63,959 nucleotides of DNA, filler included, from Thermodesulfobacteriota bacterium (GCA_036381125.1; 5 parts of 5 records of this genome joined end to end with filler, not necessarily neighbours in it); one strand, 5' to 3'. Positions 43,319 to 52,254 are shown, counted from the whole stretch's first letter. Notes: generated by a model not told the origin, from the letters alone. Program-made: numbers and translations.

Positions 43319-43810
43319 TTGCCGGTGGCGGCGCTGGCGTTGATCGGTCTCCATCTGACGCCGCCGGTCCGCGGCCTCACGCGGGACGCGGTGGCCGTCG
43401 AGGCGCGCACCCTCGCACGGGCGAGCCGCCTCGTCCTCAAGCCGCTGCCGCGGATGGCGGCGGGCGGGCCCATCGGCCGCGCCGCGCTCGGCTTCGCCGC
43501 CATGCCCGACGGCGACGCGCCGGGCGAGGCGCTGCCCCGCCTGCGGCGTCTCGTGGTCGGCCTCGCCCGGCTCCGCGCGGTCGAGTCGGTCTCCATCCTC
43601 GTCCGCCCGGGTGCCGGCGGGACCGGCGGCGATCCGGCGCCGGCCGCCGGGCTCCCCTCCGTCGAGGTCCCCGCGGGCGCCTTCGAGTCGGCCGGCGAGC
43701 AGGGGCTCCTGCCCGATCGCGTGTACGTGGTGTCGGTCGAGGACGACGAGGAGGAGCGGCCCGCGCCGCGGCGGGCCTCGCGCGCCCTCACGGCCGGCGA
43801 CCCGGAGTAG
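43319..43810 (+). CDS. Hypothetical protein
   Basis: Fills the gap between pmbA and polX on the same strand; no motif recognised. Confidence 0.45.
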   Translation: MPVAALALIGLHLTPPVRGLTRDAVAVEARTLARASRLVLKPLPRMAAGGPIGRAALGFAAMPDGDAPGEALPRLRRLVVGLARLRAVESVSILVRPGAGGTGGDPAPAAGLPSVEVPAGAFESAGEQGLLPDRVYVVSVEDDEEERPAPRRASRALTAGDPE

Positions 43811-43815
43811 GCGCG

Positions 43816-45489
43816 GTGCGCGTCTCGCGTGAGGAGATCGCCAGGGTCCTCGACGAGATCGCCGTCCTGCTCGAGATCAAGGGGGAGAACCCGTTCAAGA
43901 CGCGCGCGTACGCCAACGGCGCGCGAGCCATCGAGGCCTTCCCCGGCGACCTCGAGGCGATGGTGCGCGAGGGGCGGCTCCAGGAGATCCCCGGCATCGG
44001 CAAGGCGCTGGCCGACAAGGTGACCGAGCTCGCGACGACCGGCCGCCTCGGCTTCTACGATCGGCTGATCGCCGAGGTGCCGCGCGCCCTGGTCGAGCTG
44101 GCCGCCGTGCCGGGGCTCGGGCCGAAGAAGGCGCGCGCCGTCTACGAAGGGCTCGGGATCACGACCCCCGGCGAGCTGGAGTACGCGATCCACGAGAACC
44201 GCCTCGTGACCCTTCCCGGCTTCGGGGCGAAGACGCAGGCGCGGATCGCCGCGGGGCTCGAGCGGATGAAGGCCGGGCGGGGGCGGGTGCTGCTCGACGA
44301 GGCCGACCGGCTCGTCGGCGGGCTCGTCGGGCAGGCGCGCGCCGCCGGCCTCACCGCCGTGGCGGCCGGCGAGTGGCGCCGCCGGCTCGAGGTCGTGGGG
44401 GAGGTGCCCGTTCTGGTCGTCGATGCCGACGGGGCCGCCCTCGAGCGACTCCCCGCGCTGGAGGCGGTCAGGGCGCGCGGGCTCCGCGTGACGGTCGAGC
44501 CGGTCGCACCGGGGGCCCTCGGCGCGGCGCTTGCCCTCGCCACCGGCCCCGACGGCTTCGTGTTCGGCCTGATCGAGCGGGCGCGCGCGCGGGGGCTCGA
44601 CCTCACGCCGGCGGGGCTGCTCGAGGGGGGCGAGCCGCTCCCCACGCCGGACGAGGCGGCCCTCTTCGCCGCGCTGGACCTCGTCGAGGTGCCGCCCGAG
44701 TGGCGCGACGCGCCGGAGGCGCTCGCCGCCGCGGCCTCCGGGCAGGTGCCCCGCCTGGTCGAGCCGTCCGACATCACCGGCGTCTTCCACGTGCACACCA
44801 CCTACTCGGACGGCTCGGCGAGCGTCGCCGACATGGTTGCGGCGGCGGCCGCCAGGGGATACACATACGTCGGGATCTCGGACCACAGCCCGGCCGCCTT
44901 CTACGCCAACGGCGTGACGCGCGAGCGCCTCGCCCTGCAGCACGCGGAGATCGAGGCGGCCGAGCGCGCGCACCCGGGGATCCGGGTGCTCAAGGGGACC
45001 GAGGCCGACATCCTGGCCGACGGCTCGATCGACTACGATGCCGAGACGCTGGCGCGCTTCGACTTCGTCATCGCGTCGGTCCACTCGCGGTTCCAGATGG
45101 ACCGGGCGACGATGACCGCCCGCATCGTGAAGGCGCTCGCGCATCCGCGCGTCACCATCCTCGGCCACCCGACGGGCCGCCTGCTCCTCGCGCGCGACCC
45201 CTATGCGGTGGACGTGGACGCCGTCCTCGAGGCGGCGGCGCGGCACGGCGTCGTCGTCGAGGTGAACGCCAGCCCGCACCGCCTCGACCTCGACTGGCGG
45301 TTCCTCGCGCGGGCGAGGGCGCTCGGCGTCGTCGTGAGCGTGAACCCCGACGCGCACGCGGTGGCCGAGTACGACTACGTCGGCTACGGTGTGGGGGTGG
45401 CCCGCAAGGGCGGCCTCACCGCCGCCGACGTCTTCAACGCGCGACCACGCGAGGCCGTGCTCGCGCACCTCGCGGCGCGTCGGGTCTAG
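43816..45489 (+). CDS. polX: PolX-PHP family protein with degenerate polymerase site (non-canonical PolX)
   Basis: GENPFKTRAY and HhH motifs; palm reads AGEWRRRLEVVGEVPVLV (no DxD); intact PHP motifs HVHTTYSDG, SDHS, GHPTGR, NPDAH. Confidence 0.9.
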   Translation: MRVSREEIARVLDEIAVLLEIKGENPFKTRAYANGARAIEAFPGDLEAMVREGRLQEIPGIGKALADKVTELATTGRLGFYDRLIAEVPRALVELAAVPGLGPKKARAVYEGLGITTPGELEYAIHENRLVTLPGFGAKTQARIAAGLERMKAGRGRVLLDEADRLVGGLVGQARAAGLTAVAAGEWRRRLEVVGEVPVLVVDADGAALERLPALEAVRARGLRVTVEPVAPGALGAALALATGPDGFVFGLIERARARGLDLTPAGLLEGGEPLPTPDEAALFAALDLVEVPPEWRDAPEALAAAASGQVPRLVEPSDITGVFHVHTTYSDGSASVADMVAAAAARGYTYVGISDHSPAAFYANGVTRERLALQHAEIEAAERAHPGIRVLKGTEADILADGSIDYDAETLARFDFVIASVHSRFQMDRATMTARIVKALAHPRVTILGHPTGRLLLARDPYAVDVDAVLEAAARHGVVVEVNASPHRLDLDWRFLARARALGVVVSVNPDAHAVAEYDYVGYGVGVARKGGLTAADVFNARPREAVLAHLAARRV

Positions 45490-45506
45490 AGTCAGGGGAG
45501 GAGGAC

Positions 45507-46739
45507 ATGGCGCCACGCGAGGCTCCTGCGCTCCGGGTCGCCGAGGCCCAGGAGACCGTCCTCAACGCCGTCCGGCCCATCGGGACCGAGACGATCGACC
45601 TCGTCTCCGCGCTCTGGCGCGTGCTCGCCGAGGACGTCGTCGCGATCCGCTCGATCCCCCCTGCCGACAACTCGGCCATGGACGGCTATGCGGTCCGCAT
45701 CGCGGACGTCGCCGCGGCGACGCCCGAGCGCCCCGTGATCCTGCCGGTGTCGGAGGTGGTCCCGGCCGGCAAGCGGGCGCGCGCGCCGCTCGAGCCGGGG
45801 CATGCCGTCAAGATCATGACCGGCGCCCCCATGCCGGAGGGGGCCGACACGGTGGTACGGGTCGAGCACACCGACGGCGGCACCGAGCGGGTGACGATCG
45901 AGCGCGCCCCCGAGCCCGGCGAGAACGTCCGCCGGGCCGGGGAGGACATCGAGGCCGGCGACGTGGTGCTTGCCGCCGGGACGCTCCTGCGGCCCGCGGA
46001 GCTCGGCCTGCTCGCCTCGGTGAACCGGCCGCGCGTGCTCGTGACCGTCCGCCCCCGCGTCGCGATCCTCGCGACCGGCGACGAGGTGGCCGACCTCGGC
46101 CACCCCGATGCGGCGCTCGAGGACCGCGTCCTCGACGCCAACTCCTACTCGCTCGCCGGGCAGGTGCTCGAGGCGGGCGGGGTGCCGCTCCTCCTCGGCG
46201 TGGCGCGGGACGACCGCCGCGTCATCGGCGAGCGGATCGAGGCGGGCCTGCGAGCCGACGTGCTCGTGACGTCCGGCGGCGTCTCCGTCGGCGACTACGA
46301 CTACGTCAGGGAGGTGCTCGACCGGCTCGGGCTCGAGCGGCTCTTCTGGAAGGTGATGATCCGGCCGGGCGGGCCGCTCGCCTTCGGACTGCTCGGCGGC
46401 CGCCCGGTCTTCTGCCTCCCGGGCAATCCGGTCGCCTCCATGGTGACCGCGGAGCTCTTCCTGCGGCCGGCCCTGCGCAAGATGCTCGGCCACCCGAACG
46501 TGGCGCGCGAGACGGTCGTCGCCACCCTCACCGAGCCGATCTCCGCCCGGAAGGGCTACCGGACCTTCGTGCGCGCCGTGCTGCGGCGCGAGCGCGGCGA
46601 GCGGATCGTCTCGTCGACCGGTCCCCAGGGCTCGGGCATCCTCCGCTCCATGAGCCGCGCCAACGCCCTGATCGTCGTCCCGGAGGACGTCGAGCGCTAC
46701 GAGGCGGGGGCGCGCGTGGAGGTGATGCGGCTCGAATGA
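45507..46739 (+). CDS. moeA: Molybdopterin molybdotransferase MoeA
   Basis: NSAMDGYA, IMTGAP, TGDE, SGGVSVGDYD, LPGNPV, QGSG. Confidence 0.95.
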   Translation: MAPREAPALRVAEAQETVLNAVRPIGTETIDLVSALWRVLAEDVVAIRSIPPADNSAMDGYAVRIADVAAATPERPVILPVSEVVPAGKRARAPLEPGHAVKIMTGAPMPEGADTVVRVEHTDGGTERVTIERAPEPGENVRRAGEDIEAGDVVLAAGTLLRPAELGLLASVNRPRVLVTVRPRVAILATGDEVADLGHPDAALEDRVLDANSYSLAGQVLEAGGVPLLLGVARDDRRVIGERIEAGLRADVLVTSGGVSVGDYDYVREVLDRLGLERLFWKVMIRPGGPLAFGLLGGRPVFCLPGNPVASMVTAELFLRPALRKMLGHPNVARETVVATLTEPISARKGYRTFVRAVLRRERGERIVSSTGPQGSGILRSMSRANALIVVPEDVERYEAGARVEVMRLE

Positions 46740-47164
46740 TCCGGATCCGGGAGATCGACCACCTGGTGCTGCGCGTCCGGGACCTCGACCGGATGCTCGC
46801 CTTCTACCGCGACATCCTCGGCTGCACCGTCGAGCGGCGGCAGGACGAGATCGGGCTCGTCCAGCTTCGCGCCGGCCGCTCGCTCATCGACCTGGTCCCG
46901 GTGGACGGCGTGCTCGGGCGGAGGGGTGGGGCGCCCCCGGGGCGCGAGGGCCGCAACCTCGATCACCTCTGTCTCAAGGTCGAGCCGTTCGACGCCGAGG
47001 CGATCCGGACGTACCTTGCCGCGCGCGGCGTCGCGGCGGGGGAGGTCGCGTCCCGGTACGGCGCCGAGGGCGAAGGCCCGTCGATCTACGTCGCCGACCC
47101 CGAGGGCAACACGGTCGAGCTGAAGGGGCCGCCCTGGCCGGCCGGGGCGACTCCGTCGGACTAG
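46736..47164 (+). CDS. VOC/glyoxalase family protein
   Basis: IDHLVLRV, NLDHLCL, YGAEG, DPEGNTVELK. Confidence 0.9.
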   Translation: MIRIREIDHLVLRVRDLDRMLAFYRDILGCTVERRQDEIGLVQLRAGRSLIDLVPVDGVLGRRGGAPPGREGRNLDHLCLKVEPFDAEAIRTYLAARGVAAGEVASRYGAEGEGPSIYVADPEGNTVELKGPPWPAGATPSD

Positions 47165-47301
47165 CTCGAGCACTCCGCCAGGACCCGGCAGCCCCCCGGG
47201 GCGGTCCCGGTCCGCCGTCCTCCTCTCCGCTTGACATCTCGGTCGATCTCGTCGATAAGCGCCGTCAAACGTGGCCGTTGGCCCAGGCGCGAGGAACCGG
47301 T

Positions 47302-47808
47302 ATGAGAATGGCGGCTCTGGCTCTGATCGTCGCGGCGGCGGTGTCGCTTCCGCCGAGCCTCCACGCGGCCGAACCGCTCACGGCCGCGAAGGGTGAGGAC
47401 ATCCGCAGGCTGCTGCAGGCCACGGGTGCGCTGAGCGTCGCGCAGTTGATGTCAGAGGCCGTCGTGAGCCAGATGTCGGCCGCCCTGAAGCGGGCCCGGC
47501 CGGATCTCCCGGCCCATGTGTTCGACGTCCTCGCCGAGACCGTGAACGAGGTCATCGCGGAGGAGATGGTCGCCAGGGGCGGCTTCGTCGACGCGATGAT
47601 CCTGCTGTACCACCGGCATTTCACGCACGAGGAGATCCGGGGGCTGGTCGCCTTCTACGAGACGCCCCTCGGCCGGAAGGCGGGCTCGCTCGCCCCCATC
47701 ATGAGCCAGGAGGGCCTTCGGATCGGCCAGCAATGGGGCGAGAGCCTCGGTCCGAAGATCGCGGAGCGGGTCAAGGCGCGGCTCAAGCAGGAAGGCATCG
47801 AGCTCTAG
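47302..47808 (+). CDS. DUF2059 domain secreted protein
   Basis: Signal peptide; LYHRHFTHEEIRGLVAFYETPLGRK; TTGACA at 47231 upstream. Confidence 0.85.
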   Translation: MRMAALALIVAAAVSLPPSLHAAEPLTAAKGEDIRRLLQATGALSVAQLMSEAVVSQMSAALKRARPDLPAHVFDVLAETVNEVIAEEMVARGGFVDAMILLYHRHFTHEEIRGLVAFYETPLGRKAGSLAPIMSQEGLRIGQQWGESLGPKIAERVKARLKQEGIEL

Positions 47809-47848
47809 GGCCAATGCCTGCGCCTGGGGTCGGCATCTGTCTTGGGTG

Positions 47849-48142
47849 TCAAGGCCGAGAGCGGACCGGCTGCCAGGGGCGGCCGGTCTTGACCATGGCA
47901 TTGAGGATGATGACGAACGTGCGCACGCAGGCGGTCAGGGCGACCTTCGTGCGCTTCCCCGCCGCCCGCAGGCGCTGGTAGAGGGCCACGCGGTGGCGGC
48001 GCAGCTGGGCGACGAGGTCGGCCAGGCCGGCCTCGGTGTAGGGGACCCGCCAGGGGCGACCGCCCCCCGGGTGCACGTCGATGTCGAGATGCGCCCGGGC
48101 GATGTCGATCCCGGCGACGACGGCCGCAGCGGCGTTGGACAT
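47849..48142 (-). pseudogene. IS110 recombinase with in-frame internal deletion (97 aa)
   Basis: N-terminal VAGIDIARAHLDI joined to C-terminal YQRLRAAGKRTKVALTACVRTFVIILNAMVKTGRPW. Confidence 0.88.
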
Positions 48143-48177
48143 GGATGATGAGGCCTCCGAAGGGGGTGCCGAGGCCT

Positions 48178-48322
48178 CTCCCCGGCCCCGCCTTGCGGGA
48201 TGCGACCTCGGCGGGTCGCGCATCTGTGCGGGCTCGGCGGGAGGCCCACGCCCGGCGATCCTGGCTGACCCACGGGCTCACGGCCCCAAGGTCTGACGGT
48301 CTACCGGGCTCGGCTCGTTGAC
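48178..48322 (-). ncRNA. Putative IS110 bridge RNA
   Basis: Target loop: GCCCGG/CCGGGC stem, guides GTCAGACCT (48297-48289) and GGGTCAG (48271-48265) around a GGGC/GCCC hairpin. Donor loop: guides ACAGATGC (48227-48220) and GCAAG (48196-48192) around a GCGACC/GGTCGC hairpin. Confidence 0.8.
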
Positions 48323-48338
48323 GCCCCCAAGATACAAG

Positions 48339-48382
48339 GTCTTTCCGTTTTCCAATCTGGAAAATGGATAGACCTGACCCCA
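48339..48382. repeat. REP-like palindrome, interrupted by IS110 (rest of left arm at 47825-47833)
   Basis: Reconstructed empty site TGGGGTCAGGTCT-TTCCGTTTTCCA-ATC-TGGAAAATGGAT-AGACCTGACCCCA. Confidence 0.82.
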
Positions 48383-48399
48383 TGGAACGGTCTCGCGCC

Positions 48400-48961
48400 T
48401 CCGCCGCCTCGCCGCCAGCCGACCCGCAGCAGCCACGTGCGAGCGCCGGCGACGACGCCACGCGCCGCCGGCGCGGCCGACGAGCACGGGTCCATGCCAC
48501 GGAAGTCCGGCCGGTGCTTCCTCACGTTCTCGAGCACGTAGACGAGCGCGTGGTGTACTTCGCGGGGTGTCGCGAGGTCGCGGCGATGGTAGCGGTCCCC
48601 CCAGACCCTGCCCCGTCGCCTCGACGAGCAGGTGGACGTGATTGCTCTGGACGGAGAAGTGGCAGATGCGGAAGGCGCGCCCGCGCTGCGCGAGGCGAAT
48701 CGCCTCGCGCAGGGCACCAAAGGCGCGCATGCCACGAAGGCTGGGGAGCCCGGGACGCGCCCGAAGCGTGATGTGCGAGGGGTGCCGGGCGTCGTGATAG
48801 GGCCGGGTTCGGTGCGCGACGTTCGGGCGTTGGCCCTGGCGCTTGCGCCCGGCGCCCGGACGCCGGCCGCCCCAGGTGATGGGGAGCGACAAGGCGAGTT
48901 GCCGCCGGTCGACACGGCGTGGCCGGCGGCGACTCGCCGGCAGGGTGGCGAGTTGCCGCAT
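48400..48961 (-). pseudogene. REP-associated tyrosine transposase (RAYT-like Y1 HUH), deleted and frameshifted
   Basis: WGGRRPGAGRK, HITLR, FSVQSNHVHLLVEA (HUH); second frame GRVWGDRYH...LVYVLEN (catalytic Tyr region); intervening helix missing. Confidence 0.8.
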
Positions 48962-49291
48962 GAACGACCTTCTCGCGAAGCGGGATCACGTAAACGCGTG
49001 GGAAAGCCGACCGAAGACAGGAGGGGAGAGCCGGGCAGGGCGCGTCGCTTGATTGAGCACTATTCTATCGTAAGTCGATAGGGCAGGCAAGAGGTGATCA
49101 GGCGGGTCCGGTCCGGACGCATCGGTAACAGGTCAGAGCGAGAGAGCCAGGCCACGCAGGACCGGGTCGTCCGGAGACATGGGTGCCGCTCGGGGGGCAT
49201 GGACGTGAACGCCGTGCGCTGGAGGGAGATATCGCCGCCGAGGGATGACCAGGAGACCGGCTTTAGGTTGGTCGCGTGGCCTCGTCGGCGC

Positions 49292-49365
49292 GGGGTCAGG
49301 TCTCGACCCTGGCGAAGGTGGAAACCTGACCCCAACCGGTTGGAAAACGTCGAGGCCTGACCCCG
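49292..49365. repeat. REP-like palindrome plus an extra arm
   Basis: GGGGTCAGGTCTCGACC-N8-GGTGGAAACCTGACCCC, then GTCGAGGCCTGACCCCG. Confidence 0.78.
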
Positions 49366-49374
49366 TTGGTGCGC

Positions 49375-49490
49375 TCGTCGCCGATGACGGAGCCGCCGTT
49401 ACAGGGCGGCTGGTCGAACTCGTGGAGCGGCTACGCATCGGCGGTCGCCAGGTCCATGACGCGAACGTCGTGGCGACCATGCTGGCGCAT
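49375..49490 (+). pseudogene. PIN-domain (VapC-like) toxin C-terminal remnant
   Basis: LVELVERLRIGGRQVHDANVVATMLAH. Confidence 0.6.
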
Positions 49491-49750
49491 CCGCGCCAAC
49501 GCCCTGATCGTCGTCCCGGAGGACGTCGAGCGCTACGAGGCGGGGGCGCGCGTGGAGGTGATGCGGCTCGAATGATCCGGATCCGGGAGATCGACCACCT
49601 GGTGCCGCTCGCTCATCGACCTGGTCCCGGTGGACGGCGCGCTCGGGCGGAGGAGTGAGGCGCCGCCGGGGCGCGAGGGCCGCAACCTCGATCACCTCTG
49701 TCTCGAGGTCGAGCCGTTCGACGCCGAGGCGATCCGGACGTACCTCGCCG
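49491..49750 (+). repeat. Diverged partial duplicate of moeA 3' end and VOC 5' part (46655-47021) with a 107-nt deletion
   Basis: 49491-49605 = 46655-46769; 49606-49750 matches 46877-47021 with about 6 substitutions. Confidence 0.92.
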
Positions 49751-49952
49751 GCCCCGAGGCCCACGACCCGTCGAGGATCGGGGGGCGTACGTCGGCAACG
49801 AAAGCGCGGTGCCGGTGCTCGAGATCACGCGGTCGGACCTCAGGGGGTGGTGGATCGACGAGATCTGGCGCTGGTGCCGTCGCGTGGGCCGCATGGGAGC
49901 GGCGCCGCCGAGCGGCGTCGTCGGCCGCGCCAGGTTCGCGATGACGGGACGA

Positions 49953-49992
49953 GGGCCGGGTCTCGACCTTCGACAGGGTCGAGACCCGGCCC
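49953..49992. repeat. REP-like palindrome variant downstream of the AKR gene
   Basis: GGGCCGGGTCTCGACC-TTCGACAG-GGTCGAGACCCGGCCC, perfect 16-bp stem. Confidence 0.78.
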
Positions 49993-50007
49993 CGTTGGGG
50001 ATACGGT

Positions 50008-51051
50008 CTAGGCGTTGCCGGCGACGGCCTTCTCGCTCTCGGTGGCCCCGCTCATGTAGGGCCCGGCTGGCGAGGGGACGACGTCGAAGTTCCGCTCGTA
50101 GAGGGCGGCGATCTCGGCGAGCTCGGCCGGGGTGAGGTCGGGCACGTCGGTGGCCGCCGCGAACTCGTCGAGCTGCTCGGCGTTGTAGATGTTCGGCAGC
50201 GCCGACACGATCGGGTCCTGCGCGAGGACGAAGCGGAGCGCCGCCTGCGCGAGCGTCCGCCCCTTGCCCTCGGTCAGGAAGGCGAGACGCTCCACCTTCT
50301 TGAGCCCGTCGACGAGCCACTCCTTCCTGCGGTGGTTGCGGTGGTCGCCGGGCGCGAAGGTGGTGTCCTTCGTGTACTTCCCCTCGAGCATGCCGGACGA
50401 GTGCGGGACGCGGACGATGATGCCGACCTGCTTCTCGCGGGCGAGCGGGAAGAAGGTGCGCCCCGGGTCCTGCTCGAGGAGGTTGTAGATGATCTGGAGC
50501 GTCGTGAGCGGCCTGGCGGCCATGACCTCGTTGCCGTGCTCCGTGCCGCCGATGGCCGGCCCCAGGGCGGCGCCGTAGGCGCGGATCTTCCCCTCGCGCT
50601 TCAGGTCCTCGAGCGTGGCGAAGAGGTCGTCGCGGCGGACGGCGTCCATGCGGGGGTTGTGGAGCTGGTAGAGGTCGATCCGGTCGGTCCCGAGCCGGCG
50701 CAGGCTCTCCTCGCAGGCCTTGCGGCAGTAGGCGGGGGACCAGTCCTGCGGGATCTCCTGCTGCCCCTTGCGCTCGCCCGCGTAGTTGTAGAAGTCGTAG
50801 CCGAACTTGGTGGCGATCTGTAGCTGGTTGCGCTTCGGCCCGAGCGCCTTGCGGAGGAGTTCCTCGCCGTAGCCGTTTCCGTAGGTGTCCGCCGTGTCGT
50901 AGAAGGTGATGCCGCGGTCGAAGGCGCGCCTGAGCAGCGCCAGGCCGGTCGCCTCGTCCTTGATGCCCCACCAGCTCGTCCCGACCGTCCAGACGCCGAA
51001 GCCGATTTCGGAAACGGCGATGTCCGTGCCGGGCAAGGTCCGTGTACGCAT
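50008..51051 (-). CDS. Aldo/keto reductase
   Basis: [41 protein letters not shown]. Confidence 0.94.
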   Translation of the reverse strand: MRTRTLPGTDIAVSEIGFGVWTVGTSWWGIKDEATGLALLRRAFDRGITFYDTADTYGNGYGEELLRKALGPKRNQLQIATKFGYDFYNYAGERKGQQEIPQDWSPAYCRKACEESLRRLGTDRIDLYQLHNPRMDAVRRDDLFATLEDLKREGKIRAYGAALGPAIGGTEHGNEVMAARPLTTLQIIYNLLEQDPGRTFFPLAREKQVGIIVRVPHSSGMLEGKYTKDTTFAPGDHRNHRRKEWLVDGLKKVERLAFLTEGKGRTLAQAALRFVLAQDPIVSALPNIYNAEQLDEFAAATDVPDLTPAELAEIAALYERNFDVVPSPAGPYMSGATESEKAVAGNA

Positions 51052-51079
51052 GTATTCCTCCCTGATTTGCCGGCGCCGG

Positions 51080-51625
51080 TCAGTCCTGCGGCACCAGATC
51101 TCCGAGCGACCCGCCCAGATCGCGCAGACGGGCGACCAGGTCGCGCGCCTCCTCGCACAGCGCCGCGGCCGCCCGCCCCGCTCGGCCCGCCCGCGAGAGG
51201 TCCACGGCGACCGGCTCGAACCGGGCGCGCACGCCGAGCGAGTCGAGCGTCGTCTCCTCGAGGGCCAGCGTGAGCCGTCCGCAGCCCGCCTCGCCGGCGC
51301 GTGCGAAGCCGAGCGTGCCGGCGACCCCGGGTACCACCCCGCTGCCGCCGCGCCCCTCGTAGGCGAGGGTGCCGATGAGCCGGCCGCGGCTCGTCACCTC
51401 GTCGGGCGTGAAGCTGAAGGCGACCGTCTCGCCCCCGTCGCCGAGGCGGCGGGTGAAGAAGACCGTCCGCCCCTGCACCAGGTCGGCGAGGCGGGGGACC
51501 GCCTCGGCCGCCACCAGCCGGGGAACGGACGCCTCGTCGGCACTGCCGGCCGTCGCGGCGCACCCGCTGCTGGCTGCGGCGAGCAGCGTGGCGGCAAGGA
51601 CGAGGGCAAGGGAGCCGTGCGACAT
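51080..51625 (-). CDS. Hypothetical lipoprotein
   Basis: Hydrophobic signal ending in SSGC lipobox-like motif. Confidence 0.55.
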   Translation of the reverse strand: MSHGSLALVLAATLLAAASSGCAATAGSADEASVPRLVAAEAVPRLADLVQGRTVFFTRRLGDGGETVAFSFTPDEVTSRGRLIGTLAYEGRGGSGVVPGVAGTLGFARAGEAGCGRLTLALEETTLDSLGVRARFEPVAVDLSRAGRAGRAAAALCEEARDLVARLRDLGGSLGDLVPQD

Positions 51626-51713
51626 GCCCCAAGAGTAACGCACGAGAGGCCGAACTGCCCGCCCCGGCGCCGCGGCCGTGCGCTAGGCTGTCGAACATGG
51701 CAGGAGGGAGCCG

Positions 51714-52184
51714 ATGCCGACCGTTGAGGAGCACCTCGCGACCCTGGGGAAGACGCCCGACGACCTGGCACGCCTGATCGAGGGGGCCTCGGAGGCCCGG
51801 TTGACGACCCGCCCGGCGCCGGACGCCTGGGCCCCGACCGAGGTCCTCTGCCACCTCCGCGACACGGAGGAGTCGTTCTCGACGCGGCTCTCCCTGACGC
51901 TCGACAACGACGACCCCCGCTGGCCCCCCGGTGGAGACGCCGATCGCTGGGCGAGCGAGCGCCAGTACCTGCGCTGCGACGGCCGGCTCGCGCTGGCCGC
52001 GTTCGCCCGCCGGCGCGCCGAGTCGCTCGCGCGCCTCGGGGCGCTCGCGCCCGAGCAGTGGTCGCGGACCGGGACGCACCCGAAGCGGGGGAAGATGACC
52101 CTCCGCGACCTGGTCGAGTTCTGGGCCTGGCACGACGGCAACCACGTGGCCCAGCTCGCCAGGGCCCTGCGCGGAGAGCCGTAG
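51714..52184 (+). CDS. DinB family protein
   Basis: WAPTEVLCHLRD, GTHPKRG, HDGNHVAQL. Confidence 0.88.
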   Translation: MPTVEEHLATLGKTPDDLARLIEGASEARLTTRPAPDAWAPTEVLCHLRDTEESFSTRLSLTLDNDDPRWPPGGDADRWASERQYLRCDGRLALAAFARRRAESLARLGALAPEQWSRTGTHPKRGKMTLRDLVEFWAWHDGNHVAQLARALRGEP

Positions 52185-52254
52185 GGGCCGGTCCCCGCGC
52201 GCCGGTTGTCCCGCCGCCCCGGGGAGGCGTACGATGACCTCGGGAGACCGGGAC

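Larger units (their letters stand above)
47832..48338 (-). mobile_element. Non-autonomous IS110-family element (about 0.5 kb) inserted in a REP palindrome
   Basis: Minus strand: left end CT|TGTATCTT, structured non-coding leader, deleted transposase, right end TTGACACCCAAGACAGATG|CC; flanks rejoin to AGAC-CT-GACCCCA. Confidence 0.88.

Noticed and set aside
48400-48961. IS200/IS605 TnpA with TnpB or omega-RNA
   Set aside because: No tnpB or iscB nearby; the longer N-terminus and flanking REP palindromes fit a RAYT-like gene better.
49094-49290. Diversity-generating retroelement variable region (GFRLV tail)
   Set aside because: No template repeat or reverse transcriptase in the window; similarity is weak.
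49292-49365. Possible CRISPR array from repeated CCTGACCCC
   Set aside because: Copies are inverted and irregularly spaced, and no cas genes are present; fits REP palindromes.
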